NCBI GenBank assembly: GCA_965216065.1
Contig: CBDCFB010000002.1
Location: 960,756-1,024,755, forward strand
Length of the DNA stretch: 64,000 nucleotides
Reading direction: 5' to 3'
From: Dehalococcoidia bacterium
Lineage (GTDB): Bacteria; Chloroflexota; Dehalococcoidia; Lucifugimonadales; UBA3495
In this document: positions 57,624 to 64,000 of the stretch, piece after piece
How the letters are laid out: every line of letters begins with the position of its first letter
Position numbering within the stretch: the stretch's first letter is position 1
Program-made: the position numbers and the translations under genes
Notes under the pieces: generated by a model
Databases searched by the model: none
Told to the model about the DNA's origin: nothing
What the model saw: the letters and a program-made list of their open reading frames with translations, nothing else

Positions 57624-59360
57624 TTGAGGCCGAAAATCTCCCGGCGAAGGAGGCCCGCCACGACTACTTCCAAGCTGCCGCTGGGCCGCAGGGTGGCCGC
57701 CAGCGACGACCTCGAAGTCTCGGCCTACCTGGAAATTGCCCAGGGCGTGGAAGCCGAGGCTCCCGGTTCCGCCAGGCAGGTCAACGAGGGCATCGCAGTC
57801 ATCGACTTCGGCTCCCAGTACAGCCACCTAATTGCCCGCCGCATCCGGGAACTGAAGGTCTACTCCGAGATCGTCAACCCCACCGACTCGTGGGAGAAGG
57901 TGGAGCGCATCAATCCCAGGGGCATCATCCTCTCCGGAGGGCCGGCGAGCGTCTACGAAGACGGTGCACCGCGCATCCCCGACTGGGTATTCGAGCGAAA
58001 ACTGCCAGTGCTGGGCATCTGCTACGGGATGCAGGCGCTGGTGCACCAGCTGGGCGGGACGGTGTCCCGGGGCCTCAAGCAGGAGTTCGGCCACGCCACG
58101 CTGCACCAGGACAGCCCGTCGGCCGGGTGGGGACTGCCCGGCGGCCGCCCGCCACTGTTCCACGACCTGCCTCCGTCGATGCAGGTGTGGATGAGCCACG
58201 GCGACCGGGTGGAGGAGCTCCCGCCGGGGTTCTCCGGCTTGGCGTTCACCGAGAACTCCCCGGTGGCCGCCATAGGGAATGGCCGAGACCTTTTCGGCCT
58301 GCAGTTCCATCCCGAGGTCCAGCACACCCCGCTGGGCACCGACATCCTCGAGAACTTCCTGTTCCGCATCTGCGAGTGCGAGGGCACATGGACCCCCGGC
58401 AATGTGGCCTCGGACGCAATTGCCCGCATCCGGGAGCAGGTGGGCGACGGCCGCGTGATCTGCGCCCTGTCCGGGGGCGTCGATTCGGCCGTTACAGCCG
58501 CGCTGCTGCACCGGGCCATCGGTGAGCAGCTGACCTGCATCTTCGTCAACAACGGCCTGCTGCGGCTTGAGGAGGCCGAGCGGGTGCAGGCCACCTTCCG
58601 GCGCGGCATGGGCCTGAACCTGGCCTACGTGGATGCCTCGGAGCGGTTCGTCTCCAAGCTGGCGGGAGTGATAGACCCGGAGGCCAAGCGCAAGGTCATC
58701 GGTGAGGAGTTCATCCGCGTCTTCGAGGATGCGGCGTCCGAGCTTGGAGAGGTCAATTTCCTCGCGCAGGGCACGCTGTACCCCGATGTCATAGAGAGCG
58801 AGGCCCCCGCTAACTCTGCGCCTGGCGCCGGACTGTCCGCCCGTATCAAGACGCATCACAACGTGGGCGGCCTGCCGGAGAACATGAAGCTGCAGCTGGT
58901 GGAGCCCCTGCGATACCTGTTCAAGGACGAGGTCCGGGATGTGGGCCTCGAGCTTGACCTGCCGCCCGACATGGTCTACCGCCAGCCTTTCCCTGGGCCG
59001 GGTTTGGCCATCCGTGTCATCGGCGAAGTGACGCAGGAGAAGCTGGACATGCTCCGCGCCTGCGACTGGATCGTCATCGACGAGATCAAGGGCGCCGACT
59101 TGTACAACCGCGTCTGGCAGAGCTTCGCCGTGCTCAGCGACAGCCGCACCGTGGGCGTGCAGGGCGATTTCCGCACCTACGGCTATGTCTGCGCCATCCG
59201 CTGCGTTACCAGCGAGGACGCCATGACAGCCGACTGGGTGCGCCTGCCATACGAGGTGCTGGCCCGCATCTCCAGCCGCATCGTCAACGAGGTGCCCGGC
59301 GTCAACCGGGTGGTCTATGACATCACCAGCAAGCCGCCGGGGACCATCGAATGGGAGTAG
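57624..59360 (+). CDS. guaA: GMP synthase (glutamine-hydrolysing)
   Basis: [27 protein letters not shown] (GATase Cys), SGGVDS (PP-loop), C-terminal KPPGTIEWE. True start is probably internal (GTG 57693 or 57747), because the first ~40-60 codons of the ORF have no GuaA counterpart. Confidence 0.9.
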   Translation: MRPKISRRRRPATTTSKLPLGRRVAASDDLEVSAYLEIAQGVEAEAPGSARQVNEGIAVIDFGSQYSHLIARRIRELKVYSEIVNPTDSWEKVERINPRGIILSGGPASVYEDGAPRIPDWVFERKLPVLGICYGMQALVHQLGGTVSRGLKQEFGHATLHQDSPSAGWGLPGGRPPLFHDLPPSMQVWMSHGDRVEELPPGFSGLAFTENSPVAAIGNGRDLFGLQFHPEVQHTPLGTDILENFLFRICECEGTWTPGNVASDAIARIREQVGDGRVICALSGGVDSAVTAALLHRAIGEQLTCIFVNNGLLRLEEAERVQATFRRGMGLNLAYVDASERFVSKLAGVIDPEAKRKVIGEEFIRVFEDAASELGEVNFLAQGTLYPDVIESEAPANSAPGAGLSARIKTHHNVGGLPENMKLQLVEPLRYLFKDEVRDVGLELDLPPDMVYRQPFPGPGLAIRVIGEVTQEKLDMLRACDWIVIDEIKGADLYNRVWQSFAVLSDSRTVGVQGDFRTYGYVCAIRCVTSEDAMTADWVRLPYEVLARISSRIVNEVPGVNRVVYDITSKPPGTIEWE

Positions 59361-59424
59361 CCCCGGCAGAAGTTCGGCGATATTCCCTCTCCCACTGGGA
59401 GAGGGTTAGGGTGAGGGCGATGCC

Positions 59425-60684
59425 GTGAAGGTCCTCGTCGTCGGCAATGGCGGACGGGAGCACGCCTTGGCGTGGCGCATCAGCCGCAGTCCCTTCCTGA
59501 CGCAACTTTGGGTCGCGCCAGGCAACTACGGCACGGCGCAGATTGCATCCAACCTGCGAGTCGGCAGCAGCGTGGAAGAACTGTGCGATGCGGCCCGTCA
59601 CGTTGCCGCAGACCTGGTCGTGGTGGGGCCCGAGGCACCGCTGGCCCAAGGGCTGGCGGACCGGCTCGGCGAGATGGGCATCCCGGTTTTCGGCCCGACC
59701 CGCGCTGCCGCCCGCCTCGAGTCCAGCAAGAGCTTCGCCCGAGAGGTCATCCAGAGCGCCGGCGCCCCAGGCCCGGAGTTCGCCGTTTTCACCGAGGAGT
59801 CCGAAGCCCTTGACTACCTGCGCCGCAATCCCGGCCCCCGCGTGGTCAAGGCCGACGGCCTAGCCGCAGGCAAGGGCGTGGTCGTCTGCGGCGACGAATC
59901 GCAGGCGGCAGACGCGGTGCGCGCCTGCATGTCCGAACGAGCCTTCGGAGACGCCGGTGCAAAGGTCCTGCTGGAGGAGCGCCTCGAGGGTCGGGAGGTC
60001 AGCGTGTTCGCCTTTTCCGACGGCGAGCATGTCTCTCCCCTCGTGGCCGCCTGCGACTACAAGCGGCTGGGCGATGGCGACAAGGGCCCCAACACCGGCG
60101 GCATGGGCAGCTATTCTCCACCATCGTTCTGGACTCTGGAGTTGCGCGGCGAGGTGGACCGCAGCATCATGCGCCCCGTCATCACTGCGATGGCGGAAAG
60201 GGGGACGCCGTACCGCGGCGTCCTGTACGCCGGGCTGATGCTGACCGCCGCCGGGCCGAAGGTCCTGGAGTTCAACTGCCGCTTTGGGGACCCGGAGACG
60301 CAGGTGCTTATGCCGAGGCTTCTTTCAGACCCGCTGGAGCTGATGCTGTCCTGCCATGAGGGCGGCCTGCACAGGGCGGAAGTCAGGTGGGATGACCGCA
60401 GCCATGTCGGCTTGGTGATGGCGTCGGGAGGCTATCCGGACGCGTACGATACCGGCTTTGAAGTCTCGGGCCTGAAATGCGCCGAGACTGACAACACGTT
60501 GGTCTTCACTGGAGGTGTTTCCTCGGGCCAAGACGGGCGACCGGTCACCTCGGGCGGCCGGGTGCTGACGGTGGTCGGTGGTGAGGAGAGCATTGCCGCC
60601 GCCCGGCAGAGTTCCTATGACCGCTTGCAGGGAATCTCGTTCCAAGGGGCCTGCTGGCGGACTGACATCGGGCTGGACGCATGA
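59425..60684 (+). CDS. purD: Phosphoribosylamine--glycine ligase
   Basis: [22 protein letters not shown]-grasp core, RFGDPETQ. Confidence 0.95.
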   Translation: MKVLVVGNGGREHALAWRISRSPFLTQLWVAPGNYGTAQIASNLRVGSSVEELCDAARHVAADLVVVGPEAPLAQGLADRLGEMGIPVFGPTRAAARLESSKSFAREVIQSAGAPGPEFAVFTEESEALDYLRRNPGPRVVKADGLAAGKGVVVCGDESQAADAVRACMSERAFGDAGAKVLLEERLEGREVSVFAFSDGEHVSPLVAACDYKRLGDGDKGPNTGGMGSYSPPSFWTLELRGEVDRSIMRPVITAMAERGTPYRGVLYAGLMLTAAGPKVLEFNCRFGDPETQVLMPRLLSDPLELMLSCHEGGLHRAEVRWDDRSHVGLVMASGGYPDAYDTGFEVSGLKCAETDNTLVFTGGVSSGQDGRPVTSGGRVLTVVGGEESIAAARQSSYDRLQGISFQGACWRTDIGLDA

Positions 60685-61289
60685 GTGGTCCGACCACGCC
60701 CTACATTGCGGGCCCGGCGGACCTCCGGCCGCTTTACGACGAGGCGGTCGGACTGGGCAGGGTTGATGCCTACAGGAAGCGGCGATGGGACAGGGCCGAG
60801 GAGTTCGCTTCCTGGCTGAACGAGGACTCCCTGCCGGAACTTTCCCACGATCGGGCCGTGCGGCTGTACCGGGCCTCCGGCGGTCGGAATGCAGCGGCCT
60901 TCGCCGCCATCCCCATCGAGGAGGTCAGGGACAGTCTGGACTTCCTCTTGTATGATACTATCAAGCTTGAAGGCCGCTTCGACGAATGCGTCAGCGAGGG
61001 CGGGGCCTACAAGCTCGACGGGGCCGGAAAGGAGTTCATCTCCTGGCTCCTGTGCCTCCGCAGCCCGACCCTGTTCGGAGTCTGGAACGGCAATGCCGAG
61101 CGTATGTTGCGGTTGGTCAGGGCCTACCCGGAATCAATGAAGCGCGGCCCTATGGGCATACGCTACCTGGACATGCTGGAAGCGCTGGCCCGGGTCCAGG
61201 TTCATGGGAGACTCCCCGACTTCATAGAAGTCGACATTATGTCCTACGTGGCAACCCGACCCAAAGCCCGGATAGCCAAACTTTCCTAG
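60681..61289 (+). CDS. Hypothetical protein (202 aa) translationally coupled to purD
   Basis: ATGA stop/start overlap with purD. No family recognised with confidence. Confidence 0.55.
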   Translation: MSGPTTPYIAGPADLRPLYDEAVGLGRVDAYRKRRWDRAEEFASWLNEDSLPELSHDRAVRLYRASGGRNAAAFAAIPIEEVRDSLDFLLYDTIKLEGRFDECVSEGGAYKLDGAGKEFISWLLCLRSPTLFGVWNGNAERMLRLVRAYPESMKRGPMGIRYLDMLEALARVQVHGRLPDFIEVDIMSYVATRPKARIAKLS

Positions 61290-61311
61290 TCGGCAAACTG
61301 GAGCGGTAGAA

Positions 61312-61752
61312 ATGCCCTGGCGCGACTCGCTTCTGCAAATTAAAGAGGAACTCACGGCTGCACGGGCCTCCCGGTTGCAACGCCTGCAAGCCTTCGACCG
61401 GCAGGTCGCCGCCGAGAGGCAGGAACTGCTGTCCCGGCACGAGTCGCTGGAGATCGCCGCGCTCCTGCGGGAGATGAACGAAGTGCTCCTGGAAGGGCAG
61501 GGCGAAGTCGAGACCACTGTCGAATGGGAAACGGGCGAAGAGGAAGAGTTGTTCGAAGGTGACGAAGACGCCGCCGACGTGATCACCTCCTCCCTGACCT
61601 GGGATGAGGGAGAAGAACTGGAGGTCGTCATTGAGTTGGCGATGCTGGACGAGGGCTTGTCGCTCATGGTGAACGGCATCCAGGTTCGCCAGGACCGCGA
61701 CGCCCTTGAGCGGGCCTTGGTCGAGGCTTTCCGGGAGCAGCTGGAGCTATAG
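61312..61752 (+). CDS. Hypothetical acidic protein (146 aa, coiled-coil-like N-terminus, Glu/Asp-rich centre)
   Basis: ORF follows 60681-61289 by 22 nt. Composition ETGEEEELFEGDEDAADV. No family recognised. Confidence 0.45.
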   Translation: MPWRDSLLQIKEELTAARASRLQRLQAFDRQVAAERQELLSRHESLEIAALLREMNEVLLEGQGEVETTVEWETGEEEELFEGDEDAADVITSSLTWDEGEELEVVIELAMLDEGLSLMVNGIQVRQDRDALERALVEAFREQLEL

Positions 61753-61883
61753 CCGGAGTCCTTTTCGGCTACGGCAATCGCATTGTAGTTGAGCCAACTC
61801 GTTACTCCTGCGAGAGCAGGAGCCTTGGGTGCGCAACCAGGTTAAATCTCGGTTAATTCTCGCGACGAAACTATTGCCACTGA

Positions 61884-61958
61884 CCACTGGATTCCCGCGA
61901 AAGCGGGAATGACGGTGTGAATGGCCAAGAGAATGACGGTGCGAATGGCAATAACGGG
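61884..61958. repeat. REP family B unit (CACTGGATTCCCGC-GAAA-GCGGGAATGACGG) with GAATGACGG/GAATGGC tail repeats
   Basis: Hairpin ATTCCCGCGAAAGCGGGAAT. Related copies are at 24106, 33968, 35466, 39458(rc), 39554, 39736 and 43318, plus a disrupted copy at 54738. Confidence 0.8.
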
Positions 61959-62126
61959 ATTGCCCGGCCATTTCAGCCGAAGTATCCCCAGAGGGCAAGG
62001 CAGGTGTTATGATTAAGGGCGTTGTGGTTTCCAGTGCTGCGAGCAGGAATAACACAGTGGCCGGATTCCAGGAAATGAACGCGGAGGAAACTCAGCCATG
62101 ATTGATGGCTTGAACCGGGGGCTGCC

Positions 62127-62585
62127 GTGCCGCTGGTAGGAGTCGTAATGGGAAGCGCGTCGGACGAGCCGGTGGTCAAGGACACCGTCGCGACGCTGGA
62201 ACAGCTGGGCATAGATTACGAGGTACGCGTGATGTCGGCCCACCGGACGCCCGAGCGGGTCGCGGAGTACGCACAGCAGGCTCGCGACAGGGGCATCCAA
62301 GTGCTGATCGCGGCCGCCGGAGGCTCGGCTGCCTTGGGCGGGGCTCTGGCCGCCTGGTCCACATTGCCGGTAATCGGCATTCCGCTGGCGTCCAGTGAAC
62401 TGAAGGGCATAGATGCCCTGATGTCCACTGCGCAGATGCCTCCGGGAATCCCGGTGGCCGCCATGGCTGTCGGGTCCTGGGGGGCCCGCAACGCCGCCTT
62501 CTTCGCCGCCCAAATCCTGGGTCTTCAGCACCCCGAAATCAGGCAAGCATATGACGACTACCGGCGCGAACTCCGCGAACGGTAA
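62127..62585 (+). CDS. purE: N5-carboxyaminoimidazole ribonucleotide mutase
   Basis: GVVMGSASDEPVV, VMSAHRTPERV, AAGGSAALGG, VIGIPL. GTG start. Confidence 0.93.
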   Translation: MPLVGVVMGSASDEPVVKDTVATLEQLGIDYEVRVMSAHRTPERVAEYAQQARDRGIQVLIAAAGGSAALGGALAAWSTLPVIGIPLASSELKGIDALMSTAQMPPGIPVAAMAVGSWGARNAAFFAAQILGLQHPEIRQAYDDYRRELRER

Positions 62586-63249
62586 ACTCTCCCCTGCGTT
62601 CCTCACCGATTTCGATGACACCGCCGCGGTACAGAACGTGGCGGAGTTGCTGCTTAACCGCTTCGGAGACCCAACGTGGACCGAAGTACGCCAGCAGTTC
62701 CGCGACGGAAAGATGAACCTGAAGGAATATCAGGAAATCACTTTCCGCAACATTCGGGCCGACCGCTCTGCCATGCAGCATTATGTCAGGGAGCACGCAA
62801 CGCTGCGTCCGTTCTTCCATGAGCTGCGCCAGTTCTGCCGCGCCAATGAAATACCCCTCGCGGTGGTCAGCCAGGGGCTGGACTTCTACATCGAGGCTCT
62901 GCTGGGACGCGACGGGTTCAACGATGTACCAATCTACGCCGTCAAGACCAGCTTCGATCAGGGACGCATCTCCTACCACTACAATCACGTCTACCCTGGC
63001 CGGGAAACCCAGGGCAATTCCAAGGCGCTGATAGTCGAACAGTTTCAACAGCAGGGCCATTTCGTAGTCTTTGCCGGAGACGGCGCCTCCGACCAGGAGG
63101 CTTCCAGGCAGGCGGACATGGTGTTTGCCCATCGTACGCTGGCCCGGTACTGCGAAGCGGAAGGTATTGAATACACGCCTTTCAAGGACTTCAAGTCCAT
63201 CTTGCTGGCGGTGCGTGAACTCCATCTGAACGGCGCCGCATCATCCTGA
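62551..63249 (+). CDS. HAD-superfamily phosphatase, MtnX/phosphoserine-phosphatase-like
   Basis: FLTDFDDTAAVQN (DxDxT), VVSQGLDFYI, FAGDGASDQEA, FAHRTLARYCEAEGIEYTPFKDF. Overlaps the purE 3' end by 35 nt. Confidence 0.7.
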   Translation: MTTTGANSANGKLSPAFLTDFDDTAAVQNVAELLLNRFGDPTWTEVRQQFRDGKMNLKEYQEITFRNIRADRSAMQHYVREHATLRPFFHELRQFCRANEIPLAVVSQGLDFYIEALLGRDGFNDVPIYAVKTSFDQGRISYHYNHVYPGRETQGNSKALIVEQFQQQGHFVVFAGDGASDQEASRQADMVFAHRTLARYCEAEGIEYTPFKDFKSILLAVRELHLNGAASS

Positions 63250-63280
63250 CGCCGCCACACATCCACACGGGGACTGGGCT

Positions 63281-64000
63281 GTGATTGACCGATACTCCCG
63301 GCCCGCCATGAAGCGGGTCTGGTCCGACGACAACAAATACGAAAAGTGGCTGTCCGTGGAGCTCGCCGTCTGCGAGGCCTGGTGCGAAGAAGGGGTGATT
63401 CCTTCCGAGGACATGGCCCTGCTGCGCGCCGCCAAGTACGACCCGGTGCGCATGGACGAGATCTTCCAGACCACGCGGCACGACGTCACAGCCTTCATTT
63501 CATCCATCACCGGCTCCATAGGGTCGGAGGGCCGTTGGTTGCACCTCGGTCTGACCTCCAGCGACATGCTGGACACCGGCCTTGACCTGCAGCTGGTGGA
63601 GGCCGGCGGGCTGCTGCTGGAAGAGGTGGACAAGGCCATAGCCGCTCTTGCGGAGCAGGCTCTGCGCCACAAGGACACCCTGATGATGGGGCGGACCCAC
63701 GGGGTCCACGCCGAGCCCATGACCCTCGGCCTGAAACTGGCGCTGTGGTGGGACGAAATGAATCGCCAGCGGGAGCGGCTGGAGGCTGCGCTGGAGACGG
63801 TGCGTGTGGGCAAGATCTCGGGCGCTGTGGGCACCCACGCGACCGTGCCGCCGTCGGTGGAGGAACGTGTCTGCCGCCAGTTGGGGCTGAAGGTGGCCGG
63901 AGTATCCAACCAGGTCATTCAGCGGGACCGCTACGCCCATTTCATGACCACGCTGGCGCTTATCGCGGCGTCCCTGGAGAAATTCGCCACCGAGATCCGG
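63281..64000 (+). CDS. purB: Adenylosuccinate lyase, 3' end outside window
   Basis: Not in the ORF track, because there is no stop in the window. GTG 63281 gives VIDRYSRPAMKRVWSDDNKYEKWLSVELAVCEAWCEEGVIPSED...LTSSDMLDTGL...GRTHGVHAEPMTLG. Frame is open to base 64000. Confidence 0.9.
   Translation, partial: MIDRYSRPAMKRVWSDDNKYEKWLSVELAVCEAWCEEGVIPSEDMALLRAAKYDPVRMDEIFQTTRHDVTAFISSITGSIGSEGRWLHLGLTSSDMLDTGLDLQLVEAGGLLLEEVDKAIAALAEQALRHKDTLMMGRTHGVHAEPMTLGLKLALWWDEMNRQRERLEAALETVRVGKISGAVGTHATVPPSVEERVCRQLGLKVAGVSNQVIQRDRYAHFMTTLALIAASLEKFATEIR

Overview
High-GC bacterial chromosomal segment. It is dominated by catabolic and CoA-thioester genes: four family-III CoA-transferases in two adjacent pairs, three acyl-CoA dehydrogenase-family genes, two crotonases, an acyl-CoA synthetase, two TPP enzymes, amidohydrolases, esterases and two DSD1-like PLP enzymes. 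These are interleaved with clear housekeeping genes: leuCD, pepN-like M1 aminopeptidase, metH, fhs, guaA, and purD/purE/purB. The gene mix and the repeat peptides encoded by intergenic palindromes suggest a Chloroflexota (SAR202-like) marine lineage, but that is inference only. No rRNA, tRNA or CRISPR was found.

Intergenic DNA is saturated with at least five families of short palindromic REP-like repeats. Two copies sit in frame inside otherwise intact enzyme genes. Small accessory pockets interrupt the metabolic backbone:
- an IS-fragment graveyard with a recurring 20-nt terminal-repeat motif (5.9-7.0 kb), plus a truncated orphan ORF;
- a ~197-bp tandem repeat followed by a lower-GC islet with a DUF2806-like gene and a membrane-anchored ORF (31.7-33.8 kb);
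- a hicAB toxin-antitoxin pair;
- a DUF1828-like orphan;
- two unknown genes wedged inside the pur operon.

The best candidate for an undescribed system is a self-contained two-gene operon at 45462-48059, with an AT-rich promoter region and a strong terminator. Its first product is a highly divergent tubulin/FtsZ-superfamily (Tubulin_2-like) protein with degenerate nucleotide-binding motifs. Its partner is a 515-aa protein of unknown function.

Many long ORFs in the six-frame track are antisense or overlapping shadows typical of high-GC DNA and are not reported as genes.
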